From NCBI GenBank assembly GCA_902462305.1, contig CABQBC010000001.1:135938-199937 (forward strand): a stretch of DNA of 64,000 bases. The letters run 5' to 3'. Below, in pieces: positions 19,104 to 28,545 of this stretch (position 1 is the first letter of the stretch; every line of letters starts with the position of its first letter). The notes beneath the pieces were generated by a model. That model did no database searches. It was not told where the DNA came from and saw only the letters and a list, made by a program, of their open reading frames with translations. Both the position numbers and the translations under genes were made by a program. Source of the DNA: an uncultured Flavobacteriales bacterium (GTDB lineage: Bacteria; Bacteroidota; Bacteroidia; Flavobacteriales; UBA1820).

Positions 19104-20127
19104 AATAACGGTACCGATAAACGTATTCGAAATCGGCGTTCTGGTCTATCGCATATATGGTATTGCGTCTGACGTCGATTTCATAAAAATGGCAACGGCC
19201 CTCGAGCAGGAACTGCTTTACCGGACGGCCGTCCCACGTGAATATCCTTATACCCGCATAGCCTTTCTTATCGCGCTCCATATAACGTGCGAAAAGATAT
19301 TCTTTAGTGGGTATTAACTCCATATAACCGCGAACAACATCTTTTTCCGCAGAAAAAACACTGTCCGCACCGTACACCGACCTCACGGTCAATTTGCCTG
19401 CGTCATCCGCCCCGTAAAACTCCAGCCTGTCCATGCCGGTATATCCGAGGACTACAGTGCGCCCAAATGCGGTAGCTACCAATCCATTCCTTACCGTTGA
19501 CATAACAGACCGGTTGTATGACTGAGAGCCGGTTTTATCGACCGACTTTTCCCATTTGGTTTCCACATTTTCCACAATCGTTTGCGTACTTACTACCGAA
19601 TCGACGGTTTGTCCTGAAAATGTATTAACCACCTTCAGTTTTTTTATTGTACATATAACGCCCAAACTGTCATCAATGCGCAACGCCATAGGAAAATGAC
19701 GGAGTTTTTCCACATCGGTGCGAGTTACACTACCACCACCGAACACAAGAGCCGATGTGCAACCGTTGGTAAATTCGGTCACCGGTATTCCCGTTCCGTC
19801 CCCATCTGCCGACTGTATTTTCTGCACGAATCCGAAATCGTCCGGCCCTTCACCCCTGACACCTGTCTTGTACAGAAATTTGAATTCAGGCAAACCATAT
19901 ACGAAAAACACGTCATCCGTCTTCATGGAATGCACTACGGCCTTGTCGTCGCAGACGCTCATCCACACGGGAATGAGTATTTCGTTAATTTTCACGCTGT
20001 CTTTGGTTAAAATTTCAACTTCGGGGAAATCATCGCAAGCAACGGAAGAAGTATATCCGGACGGTTTACATGCGCTGACAATGAACAAAATCAGCACGTA
20101 AAACACATAAAATGGCTGTAGTCTCAT
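19096..20127 (-). CDS. lipoprotein, 6-bladed beta-propeller-like family, paralog 5 (dispersed copy)
   Basis: Lipobox IVSAC, with motifs KDSVKINEI, LPEFKFLYKTGVRGEGPDDFG and ADFEYVYRY. Its 3' end overlaps the convergent ureohydrolase gene by 8 nt. Confidence 0.6.
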   Translation of the reverse strand: MRLQPFYVFYVLILFIVSACKPSGYTSSVACDDFPEVEILTKDSVKINEILIPVWMSVCDDKAVVHSMKTDDVFFVYGLPEFKFLYKTGVRGEGPDDFGFVQKIQSADGDGTGIPVTEFTNGCTSALVFGGGSVTRTDVEKLRHFPMALRIDDSLGVICTIKKLKVVNTFSGQTVDSVVSTQTIVENVETKWEKSVDKTGSQSYNRSVMSTVRNGLVATAFGRTVVLGYTGMDRLEFYGADDAGKLTVRSVYGADSVFSAEKDVVRGYMELIPTKEYLFARYMERDKKGYAGIRIFTWDGRPVKQFLLEGRCHFYEIDVRRNTIYAIDQNADFEYVYRYRYSI

Positions 20128-20218
20128 AATTTAGCATTTTCAGTTAAAAAAATATAACCCGCAAAGCCTAACCTGTGCCGCAGGTAAAAGGCCGGCTTTT
20201 TAATAAGATTTTATATTG

Positions 20219-21148
20219 TCAGCCTATGCGGTAAGGACCCTCGTCGCCTTCGATTATTCCGAGGTAACTGATATATCTTGACGGAGCTATCTCGCCGCTC
20301 TCCACCGCTTCCACAACGGCGCAGCCTGGCTCGTCCGTGTGCAGGCAGTTATTGAAACGGCACTTGTCCTTCAAGGCGAATATCTCCGGGAAGTAATCCC
20401 CTACCTCCTGTTTTTCCATGTCGACCATACCGAACCCGCGTATGCCGGGGGTATCGATTATATACCCGCCGAAAGAAAGCGGGAACATCTGCGCGAAAGT
20501 AGTAGTGTGCTGCCCTTGGAGGTGCGTTTGCGATATTTCGGCGGTCTTTAGATCAAGCGAAGGCTCCACGGCGTTTATTATGCTGCTTTTTCCGGCGCCG
20601 GAATGCCCGGAAAACATCGATGTTCGTCCGGCCATCATTTTTTTCAGTTCACCTATGTTTTCCCCTGTTGCCGCGCTTATCCTGAGCACCGGATAACCTA
20701 TTTTTTCGTAAATAAGCGAAAGAGCCTCCATAGATGCGGTATCCTCCGGTCCGTAAATGTCGGTTTTGTTGAAAAGCACTACCGCAGGTATGCGGTACGC
20801 ACGGGCTGTGGCCAGAAAACGGTCTATGAACGTAGTTGTGGTCTGCGGGGAGGATATTGTGGCGACGATAAATGCCGTATCTATATTTGAAGCCAGTATG
20901 TGCGTTCGCTTGGACAGTTTTACAGAACGGCGGACTATAAAATTGCGGCGCGGCAATATACGCGTGACAACACCGTCGGTACCGTCCGGCGCGGTGGAAA
21001 ACTCCACTCTGTCGCCAACGGCTACCGGATTGGTGCTCTTTATACCCTTAAGGCGCAAAGAGCCCTTTATCCTGCACTCGTACTGCACTCCGTCGTCAGT
21101 ACGCAGAGTGCACCAAAGTCCCGTTGCCCGTATCACAACTGCTTCCAT
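20219..21148 (-). CDS. rsgA: ribosome small subunit-dependent GTPase A
   Basis: OB-fold N-terminus, circularly permuted GTPase motifs (NKTDI, then GHSGAGKSS) and a C-terminal zinc knuckle CRFNNCLHTDEPGCAV. Start moved to MEAVVIRATG. Confidence 0.85.
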   Translation of the reverse strand: MEAVVIRATGLWCTLRTDDGVQYECRIKGSLRLKGIKSTNPVAVGDRVEFSTAPDGTDGVVTRILPRRNFIVRRSVKLSKRTHILASNIDTAFIVATISSPQTTTTFIDRFLATARAYRIPAVVLFNKTDIYGPEDTASMEALSLIYEKIGYPVLRISAATGENIGELKKMMAGRTSMFSGHSGAGKSSIINAVEPSLDLKTAEISQTHLQGQHTTTFAQMFPLSFGGYIIDTPGIRGFGMVDMEKQEVGDYFPEIFALKDKCRFNNCLHTDEPGCAVVEAVESGEIAPSRYISYLGIIEGDEGPYRIG

Positions 21149-21360
21149 AAAACTCGCTTTTAAAGGCAAATGTCGGCATTTTTTACTTTCGTTTCGAATA
21201 TTTATCGGCATAATTATCGGCTGTATTCACGTACGGCACTTATCATCGCTTGTTCTTTGGGCGGCTACATGCTTAAAGCATTACAACTGTTTCTATTTCC
21301 ATTTATTTTGACCGTTGCCGGTTACGGATATCAGGGTGGCGTCGGCAAATGGGAAAAATA

Positions 21361-21672
21361 CAGGATGCTCCTCGGAAAACCTATAAAAATCCTTCGGTTT
21401 TTTCCGGTTTCCTCTCGGCTTTCACTATATTTTCAGAATATAGGATGCGCCTCGGAAAACCTATAAAAATCCTTCGGCTTTTTTCGGTTTCCTCTCGGCT
21501 TTCACTATATTTTCAGAATATAGGATGCGCCTCGGAAAACCTATAAAAATCCTTCGGCTTTTTTCGGTTTCCTCTCGGCTTTCACTATATTTTCAGAATA
21601 TAGGATGCGCCTCGGAAAACCTATAAAAATCCTTCGGCTTTTTTCGGTTTCCTCTCGGCTTTCACTATATTT
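21361..21672 (+). repeat. 80-bp head-to-tail tandem repeat, about 3.9 copies
   Basis: Unit: taggatgcgcctcggaaaacctataaaaatccttcggcttttttcggtttcctctcggctttcactatattttcagaata. Copies starting at 21441, 21521 and 21601 are identical base for base. The copy at 21361 has about 5 differences. The last copy is cut at 21672 and ends ...cactatatttg. Confidence 0.95.
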
Positions 21673-21673
21673 G
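21666..21673 (+). promoter_or_regulatory. -7 box TATATTTG formed at the end of the last repeat unit, facing rlmN
   Basis: Matches TAnnTTTG. Interior units carry TATATTTT instead. The box lies only about 6 nt from the rlmN ATG (21679). The real promoter is therefore either an upstream unit or the mRNA is leaderless. Confidence 0.35.
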
Positions 21674-21678
21674 TGGTT

Positions 21679-22734
21679 ATGGAAAACCCAGGCAAACGCG
21701 ACATAAGGGAACTCTCGCTTGAAGAGCTGCGCGAATTTTTCGCCTCCCGTTCGCTCGGAGCGTACCGGGGCGGACAGGTGCATCAATGGCTGTGGCAGAA
21801 AGGGGCTTCGTCTTTTTCACAGATGACAAGCCTTTCCAAAAACCTCAGGGACGAACTGGAAAAAGAGTTTTATATAGGCAAAGCCACCGTACCGCGAATG
21901 CAGCATTCATCCGACGGAACGATAAAAAATGCCGTACTGTTGCACGACGGACTAATTGTGGAGAGCGTGCTGATACCGGCCGATGACCGTACCACTGCCT
22001 GCGTGTCGTCGCAGGTGGGATGCGCCATGGGGTGCGAATTTTGCGCCACGGCCCGTCTTAAACGCACGCGCGACTTGACTTCAGGGGAAATATACGACCA
22101 GGTGAAAGAAGCCGACCGCCAGAGCCGCGAATATTTCGGGCGTCCGCTATCCAACATCGTATTCATGGGAATGGGCGAGCCTACGCTCAACTACGCCGAA
22201 GTGATGCGGGCCATAGATATGATTACGTCTGCGCAGGGAATGGGCATGTCGCCTCGCAGGATAACCGTTTCTACAGTAGGAAACGCCCGGATGATACGGC
22301 GGATGGCCGATGACGGCGCACGTTTCCGTCTGGCAGTGTCGCTTCACTGGGCGGTACAGAAAATGCGCGAGACCATCATGCCGGTGGCGAAAAAAATACC
22401 CCTGGACGAACTGGCCGAAGCCGTAGCTCATTGGTACGAGGTAACAAAAAGTCCGGTAACATACGAATACGTGGTATGGGACGGGCTGAACGACCGGCCC
22501 GAAGACCTGCGCGCCCTGATAAAATTCTGCCGGCGCACCCCGTGCAAAGTCAATCTGATAGAGTACAACAGCATAGGCGACGGGCGTTTCAGAGGGGCTT
22601 CTGCCGAAGCCATGGAAATGTATAAAAAAGGGCTGGAGGATGCCGGAATCACCGTTGTGGTCCGCTTGTCCAAAGGGCGTGACATAGACGCCGCATGCGG
22701 ACAGCTTGCCGGACGGACGGGCGATACCGTATGA
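21679..22734 (+). CDS. rlmN: 23S rRNA/tRNA (adenine-C2)-methyltransferase, radical SAM
   Basis: Radical-SAM motif SSQVGCAMGCEFCAT, GMGEPTLN and the C-terminal DIDAACGQLA. Start taken at ATG 21679 rather than GTG 21673. Confidence 0.9.
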   Translation: MENPGKRDIRELSLEELREFFASRSLGAYRGGQVHQWLWQKGASSFSQMTSLSKNLRDELEKEFYIGKATVPRMQHSSDGTIKNAVLLHDGLIVESVLIPADDRTTACVSSQVGCAMGCEFCATARLKRTRDLTSGEIYDQVKEADRQSREYFGRPLSNIVFMGMGEPTLNYAEVMRAIDMITSAQGMGMSPRRITVSTVGNARMIRRMADDGARFRLAVSLHWAVQKMRETIMPVAKKIPLDELAEAVAHWYEVTKSPVTYEYVVWDGLNDRPEDLRALIKFCRRTPCKVNLIEYNSIGDGRFRGASAEAMEMYKKGLEDAGITVVVRLSKGRDIDAACGQLAGRTGDTV

Positions 22735-22869
22735 ACTGATTATAAACGACTTGTAAATGACATATCTGGCAACGCCGGTATGTCATCGGCCTGATGATTT
22801 GCCGGGCAAACGAAACAAACGACTCGCCGGTAATATCCGGCCTGACAGAATGGTGTATATAAACAATAT

Positions 22870-23850
22870 ATGGGAGCAGTAGAAATAATACGCAGGCCGA
22901 TAGAGGTCGAAATGGAAACCTTCGAGAAGAAATTCCGTGAAGCCATGTCCTCCGGCGTGCCCCTTCTGGACAGGGTACTTTACTACATCGTCGGACGCAA
23001 AGGCAAACAGATGCGTCCCATGTTCGTCTTTCTGACGGCCAAGATGCTCTCCGGGGGCCGTGAGGCTGAAGACCCGACGTACCGTGCCGCATCGCTGATA
23101 GAACTGGGCCACACTGCATCGCTGGTACACGACGACGTGGTCGACGATTCCGACCAGCGACGCAACTTTTTCTCCGTGAACGCCATCTGGAAAAACAAGA
23201 TAGCCGTACTGGTAGGCGACTTCATGCTCACCCAGGCCCTAACACTGGCCATAGACCACGAAGAGTTCGACATGTTGCGCGTTGTCGGCCACACGGCAAA
23301 GGAAATGGCCGAAGGCGAACTGCTCCAGATAGAAAAAGCAAAGAAGCTGAATATCACCGAAGACGTTTATTACGATGTCATACGCGGAAAAACCGCCACG
23401 CTCATATCTTCGTGCACTGCCATCGGAGCCATTTCCGTAGGTGCGGACAAACAAACGGTGGAAAAAATGAGGGATTTCGGCATGATGTGCGGAATGGCCT
23501 TTCAGATAAAGGACGACCTTTTCGACTACACGGAGGAAAAAATAGGCAAGCCCACAGGCATAGACATACGCGAACAGAAGATGACCCTGCCGCTTATCCA
23601 CGTACTGAACAAAGTACCGAAAGATCAGCGCAAATGGATGATAAATATCGTCAAAAAGCACAACCGCGACAAAAAACGCGTACGCGAACTGATAAACTTC
23701 GTACGTGAAAACGGCGGACTGGACTACGCGGTAGCAAAAATGGAAGACTTCAAACGCCGTGCGCTGGACATTCTGTCGGGTTATCCGGAAAGTCCCGCAC
23801 GCGCTTCGCTCGAAGAAATGGTCCGCTACTGTACGGAACGCAAAATATGA
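22870..23850 (+). CDS. polyprenyl diphosphate synthase (octaprenyl/IspB-like)
   Basis: 326 aa with the first DDxxD motif (LVHDDVVDDSD) and the second (FQIKDDLFDY). Chain length cannot be determined from sequence. Confidence 0.8.
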   Translation: MGAVEIIRRPIEVEMETFEKKFREAMSSGVPLLDRVLYYIVGRKGKQMRPMFVFLTAKMLSGGREAEDPTYRAASLIELGHTASLVHDDVVDDSDQRRNFFSVNAIWKNKIAVLVGDFMLTQALTLAIDHEEFDMLRVVGHTAKEMAEGELLQIEKAKKLNITEDVYYDVIRGKTATLISSCTAIGAISVGADKQTVEKMRDFGMMCGMAFQIKDDLFDYTEEKIGKPTGIDIREQKMTLPLIHVLNKVPKDQRKWMINIVKKHNRDKKRVRELINFVRENGGLDYAVAKMEDFKRRALDILSGYPESPARASLEEMVRYCTERKI

Positions 23851-23886
23851 TTTTTATAACCTGAAAACGAAAAAAAGGAGGACTAA

Positions 23887-24648
23887 ATGAAGAACAAACC
23901 GCTTATACTGGTAACCAACGACGACGGAATTTCCGCCCCCGGAATACGGATACTGACGGAAATAATGAGCAAAATAGGCGAAGTATGGGTAGTGGCTCCG
24001 GAAAAAGCACGCTCAGGCATGGGCCACGCCATAACGATAGGAAATATCCTGACTTACGACGAAAAAGAACCACGCGACGGAGCCTCGCGCGAGTTCAGTT
24101 GTTCCGGCACTCCTGCCGACTGTGTCAAACTGGCGAAAAACCGCATCCTTCCCCGTCGTCCGGACATATGCGTATCGGGTATAAACCACGGTTCTAACGC
24201 CACGATAAACGTGATATACTCCGGCACCATGGGAGCGGCGATGGAAGCCGGCGTAGAAGGCATACCTTCGATAGGTTTTTCCATCTGCGACCACCGTACG
24301 GATGCCGATTTCGGCTATCTCGAACCGTTTATCCGTGCTATAACGCTCAAAGCGCTGGAACACGGACTTCCTAAAAACACGGTGCTAAACGTCAATTTCC
24401 CTGCCGGGCCTGTAAAAGGCGTTAAAATATGCCGCCAGGCCGACACCCGATGGGAACAGGAATTCGAACGCCGCACACGTCCCTACGGAGGCGATTATTT
24501 CTGGCTCGTGGGCACGCCCATATGCAACGACAGGGGTACCGATACCGACCAATGGGCTTTGGACAACGGCTACGGGTCTATAGTACCGACAACGTTCGAC
24601 CTTACGGCATACGGAACTATCGAAGACATAGAGAACTGGGGGCTCTGA
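23887..24648 (+). CDS. surE: 5'/3'-nucleotidase SurE
   Basis: ILVTNDDGISAPGI, SGINHGSN and YSGTMGAAMEA are canonical SurE motifs. Confidence 0.9.
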   Translation: MKNKPLILVTNDDGISAPGIRILTEIMSKIGEVWVVAPEKARSGMGHAITIGNILTYDEKEPRDGASREFSCSGTPADCVKLAKNRILPRRPDICVSGINHGSNATINVIYSGTMGAAMEAGVEGIPSIGFSICDHRTDADFGYLEPFIRAITLKALEHGLPKNTVLNVNFPAGPVKGVKICRQADTRWEQEFERRTRPYGGDYFWLVGTPICNDRGTDTDQWALDNGYGSIVPTTFDLTAYGTIEDIENWGL

Positions 24649-24693
24649 TTCCTGTTTTCTCACACAAAAACACACGGCACATACACCACAGGC

Positions 24694-25824
24694 ATGAAAT
24701 ATTATATCATAGCGGGCGAAGCCTCCGGCGACCTGCACGCATCCAACCTAATAAAAGAACTCAAAGCGCGTGACGGACAGGCCGAAATACGCGCATGGGG
24801 CGGCGATCTGATGCGGCAAGCGGGAGCCGAAATAGTAAAACACTACCGCGAACTGGCCTTTATGGGTTTCGCCGAAGTGCTGGCAAACCTGCGCACTATC
24901 CTGGGTAACATGAAGTTCTGTAAACGCGATATCGCCGCTTTTGCACCGGACGCTGTCATATTCGTGGACTATCCTGGCTTCAACCTCAACATAGCATCCT
25001 GGTGCCGCAAAAACGGATACCGCACGTATTACTACATTTCCCCGCAGGTATGGGCATGGAAAGAGGGTCGCGTGAAAGGCATAAAGAAAAACATAGACCG
25101 GATGCTCGTCATCCTGCCCTTTGAAAAAGATTTTTACGAAAAACACCGTTACAGCGTCGATTACGTCGGGCATCCTCTGCTGGACGCTCTGGCCTCGCGT
25201 CCGCACGCGGACCCGGACGCTTTCCGCTCCGAAAACGGCCTCGACGAACGCCCGATAATAGCGCTTCTGCCAGGAAGCCGGCGTCAGGAGATAAAAAAGA
25301 TGCTCCCCGCCATGGCATCGGCAGAGAAAAAATTCCCCGGATACCAGTTCGTAGTAGCCGGAGCACCGGGACAGGGAGAAGATTTTTACGACAAACTATT
25401 AAAAAACACCGGCATACGCATCGTTTACGGGAAGACTTACGGGCTTTTGTCCTCAGCGCATGCCGCGCTTGTGACATCAGGCACGGCGACGCTCGAAACA
25501 GCGCTTATCGGTACTCCGGAAGTAGTCTGCTACAAGGGCTCGCCGTTGTCGTACATGATAGGCCGTATGGTAGTCAAAGTACCGTTCATATCGCTCGTGA
25601 ACCTGATAGCCGGTCGCAAGGTAGTCACCGAACTGATACAGGGCGAGCTGAACGCGGAAAACATCGAACGGGAACTCGGCGCCATACTCTCAGGGCCGGT
25701 ACGGGAAAAAATGCTCGAAGACTACGCTTCGATACGCCATATCCTGGGAGACGGCGGGGCGTCCGCCCGTGCCGCCGCTCTTATAACCGGATACATGAAA
25801 AAAAACGGCTCCGGCGGACATTAA
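24694..25824 (+). CDS. lpxB: lipid-A-disaccharide synthase
   Basis: MKYYIIAGEASGDLHASNLI, VDYPGFNL and TSGTATLETAL. The surE-lpxB adjacency is typical of Bacteroidota. Confidence 0.9.
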   Translation: MKYYIIAGEASGDLHASNLIKELKARDGQAEIRAWGGDLMRQAGAEIVKHYRELAFMGFAEVLANLRTILGNMKFCKRDIAAFAPDAVIFVDYPGFNLNIASWCRKNGYRTYYYISPQVWAWKEGRVKGIKKNIDRMLVILPFEKDFYEKHRYSVDYVGHPLLDALASRPHADPDAFRSENGLDERPIIALLPGSRRQEIKKMLPAMASAEKKFPGYQFVVAGAPGQGEDFYDKLLKNTGIRIVYGKTYGLLSSAHAALVTSGTATLETALIGTPEVVCYKGSPLSYMIGRMVVKVPFISLVNLIAGRKVVTELIQGELNAENIERELGAILSGPVREKMLEDYASIRHILGDGGASARAAALITGYMKKNGSGGH

Positions 25825-25839
25825 ACCATACGCACACAC

Positions 25840-26610
25840 ATGGCAGGATGGAACCCCTGGCACGGATGCCACAAACTGAGCGCAGGATGCGCCAACTGCT
25901 ACGTGTACCGCATGGACGCGCGTCACGGACGCGACAGTTCTGTGGTGGAAAAAACGGCGGCATTTTCCCTTCCTGTGAGAAAAGACCGCAAAGGCCGGTA
26001 TAAAATCCCTCCTACCGACCCTTCGGAACTAAACCTTATCAACTTCGGAATACGCCGTCTGCGCGCCCCGTCGGTGGTGTACACATGCTTCAGTTCGGAT
26101 TTTTTCGTCGAAGAAGCCGACGCATGGCGAAAAGAAGCATGGGAAATGATGCGCACGCGGTCGGACCTTCACTTTTTAATGATAACGAAACGCATAGACC
26201 GGTTCGGGAAATGCGTCCCTGAGGACTGGTCGGACGGCTATCCTAACGTCACGATATGTTGTACCGTCGAAAACCAGGACCGCGCCGACTACCGGCTGCC
26301 GATATATGCCGACGCGCCGATAAAACACAAGATTATAATCTGCGAACCGCTTTTGGGACCTGTGGACCTGTCACATTATTTGGATCGCGGGATCGAAATG
26401 GTTGTGGCCGGAGGAGAATCAGGCCCTCAGGCACGCCCGTGCCGCTACGAATGGATACTCGAACTGCGGCGTCAATGCATTGATTACGGCGTGGCATTCA
26501 ACTTCCGCCAAACCGGAGCACGGCTTATCAAAGACGGCAGGCTTTACATGGTAAAACGCCAATACCAACATTCCCAGGCAAGACGCGCTTCGATAGACTA
26601 CAACCCGTAA
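25840..26610 (+). CDS. DUF5131 (phage Gp37/Gp68-like) family protein
   Basis: The N-terminal WNPWHGCHKLSAGCANCY matches the family hallmark (WNP..GC...S.GC..CY). Function unknown. Confidence 0.6.
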   Translation: MAGWNPWHGCHKLSAGCANCYVYRMDARHGRDSSVVEKTAAFSLPVRKDRKGRYKIPPTDPSELNLINFGIRRLRAPSVVYTCFSSDFFVEEADAWRKEAWEMMRTRSDLHFLMITKRIDRFGKCVPEDWSDGYPNVTICCTVENQDRADYRLPIYADAPIKHKIIICEPLLGPVDLSHYLDRGIEMVVAGGESGPQARPCRYEWILELRRQCIDYGVAFNFRQTGARLIKDGRLYMVKRQYQHSQARRASIDYNP

Positions 26611-26615
26611 ACGCC

Positions 26616-28496
26616 ATGCAGAAATACGCCCCGGCAGTGCTTTTAGCTTCCTTTGCCTGCGGCGTAGCCGCAGGCGCTCAAACGGACATCCCGATATGGG
26701 CGTGGTGCGTACTTACCGTCTGCGCACTGGCGTTCGGACTGGCGGTGTTCCGCTCAGGAAAAGGCTTGAACGGCAGTTACAAATCCGTACCGTTTCTGGT
26801 ACTGGCCGTTTTTTCGGCCGGTGGCTGGCGCGAAGCCTCGAAGGATGCGGCCACATCGAAAGCATTGTCGGCCCTCCCCTGGTACGGACACGTAAATTAC
26901 ACTGCCGTAGCGGACGAAGTGCCGGGTATAAACCGTGGACAAGAGGTTCGTTTCATAAAAATACGTAACTTCAAAAGCCCGCAAGCCCCCGCATTTCCAT
27001 CCGGTATGCGCCTGTCCGTACCAGCCGATACTTCACTGGCCGTAAAACCTGGCGACGTATTATGCGGAGAAGGGACTATACTCCCGCTCAAAGCCCCGCA
27101 GAGGCACGATACGCCGGACTTCAGCCGGATAAACATCCTGAAAGGTATCGTAGCCGAAATACGCGGAGGAAATATCTCCTGTACGGGAAAAAACACAATG
27201 TCATTGTCATCCCTGAGGGAAAACATAAGGACGAAAATAAAGGGAAACCTCATACGTGCCGGGCTGTCACGACAGTCTGCATCGCTTACATGCGCCCTTG
27301 TCCTGGGCGACAAAAATTCGCTTGACAAGGATACCAAACAGGCGTACCAGTTGTCCGGGGCGATGCATCTTCTGGTTGTTTCGGGATTACACGTGGGTAT
27401 AGTCGCCGCACTGCTGTATTTTTTATCATCGCCTTTGAAAAAAAGGGAAATGCTGCGTGCGGCCGTTATACTCGTTTCGCTTTGGGCATATGGATGGCTG
27501 ACAGGATATTCACCTCCGGTACTGAGGGCCCTTTGGATGTTTTCCATACTTACGTTATCGGGACTTGGCGGCGGGCGGTATTCCCCGGTAGGAGCATTGG
27601 GAGTGGCAGGCCTGGCAGATCTCGTATTTTTTCCGAACGATTTGTTTTCGGCCGGTTTTCAGATGAGCTATGCCGCAACGCTTGCCATAATACTCCTTTA
27701 CGGAAAAATATCGAAACTGTGCGCCACTCTTCCGCGCGGGGCGGATATGACTGCAAAACTCATTCTGGTGAGCCTTGCGGCACAAACGGCCCTGCTTCCG
27801 TTCGTACTGTATTATTTCGACTATCTGAACTTTCTTTTTCCCCTGACCAACCTGCTGCTTGTACCGTTGGTATGTTACCTGCTGATACCGGCAGGAATAC
27901 TTATGATCATATTGTCCGCATTCACGTCATGTATTCCGGTCTTACCGCAAGTTTATGATTCCCTGACCGGCTTATCGGCACGGGTGGCAAGCGGAATAGC
28001 AGAAAGGGACTTCGCGGCAGTGACAGACTTAGGGTTGTCACAAGGCGCTTTTTACGGACTTATACCGATATGTGCCGGAGCCGTTTTCTTTTTCCGCAGG
28101 AAAACGGCAGGAGCGTGCCTTGCTGTGACGGGAGGCATCATATGGGCAAGCGTGACGCTCATCTCGGGCAATCCTTTCCCTTATCTCGGACAGGAGGGAG
28201 AAAAATATTTCGTGTATCTGGATGAAGACCGTAAAGCGCTCCCTTCCCCAGGCTCTATTATAACTGCCGGGCATACGGTATGTTTCATGCCCGGCAAAAC
28301 GGATTCTTTGCCAGACGGGAAATTCATACTCGCGGCGGAAAAATACCGCATACCGTACAAAGCACCTGCCGGGATAATCGTACTGCCCGGAGCGCGTGCG
28401 GAAGACGTTCTTGCATGGAAAGCGTATGCTGCGACATACGGAGCGGCATTTTACGATATGCGCGCACAAGGTTATTATAAATTTGCAAAGGATTGA
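26616..28496 (+). CDS. comEC: ComEC/Rec2 family competence-type membrane protein
   Basis: 626-aa polytopic protein. The core motif is LVLGDKNSLDKDTKQAYQLSGAMHLLVVSGLHVG. No clear C-terminal metallo-beta-lactamase motif. Confidence 0.75.
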   Translation: MQKYAPAVLLASFACGVAAGAQTDIPIWAWCVLTVCALAFGLAVFRSGKGLNGSYKSVPFLVLAVFSAGGWREASKDAATSKALSALPWYGHVNYTAVADEVPGINRGQEVRFIKIRNFKSPQAPAFPSGMRLSVPADTSLAVKPGDVLCGEGTILPLKAPQRHDTPDFSRINILKGIVAEIRGGNISCTGKNTMSLSSLRENIRTKIKGNLIRAGLSRQSASLTCALVLGDKNSLDKDTKQAYQLSGAMHLLVVSGLHVGIVAALLYFLSSPLKKREMLRAAVILVSLWAYGWLTGYSPPVLRALWMFSILTLSGLGGGRYSPVGALGVAGLADLVFFPNDLFSAGFQMSYAATLAIILLYGKISKLCATLPRGADMTAKLILVSLAAQTALLPFVLYYFDYLNFLFPLTNLLLVPLVCYLLIPAGILMIILSAFTSCIPVLPQVYDSLTGLSARVASGIAERDFAAVTDLGLSQGAFYGLIPICAGAVFFFRRKTAGACLAVTGGIIWASVTLISGNPFPYLGQEGEKYFVYLDEDRKALPSPGSIITAGHTVCFMPGKTDSLPDGKFILAAEKYRIPYKAPAGIIVLPGARAEDVLAWKAYAATYGAAFYDMRAQGYYKFAKD

Positions 28497-28545
28497 TTTT
28501 ATGCCTACATTTATAGTATAATAATGCAAATATATTTTTATCGCT

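Noticed and set aside
21361-21672. Possible CRISPR array
   Set aside because: The 80-bp units abut head to tail with no unique spacers. The unit length is far above CRISPR repeat size, and no cas genes are in the window.
21170-21786. ORFs 21170-21466, 21349-21546 and 21541-21786 encode repeated peptides such as GKPIKILRLFSVSSRLSLYFQNIGCASENL.
   Set aside because: They are translations of the 80-bp tandem repeat on both strands. The periodic identical peptide and the lack of any start context show they are artefacts. The same peptide falsely extends the CDF gene ORF at 30989-31198.
26616-28496. ComEC without a recognisable metallo-beta-lactamase domain, considered as a possible truncation or pseudogene
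   Set aside because: The ORF is intact (626 aa) with a complete membrane core. From memory, short ComEC/Rec2 forms lacking the nuclease domain are common in Bacteroidota, so this is not evidence of decay.
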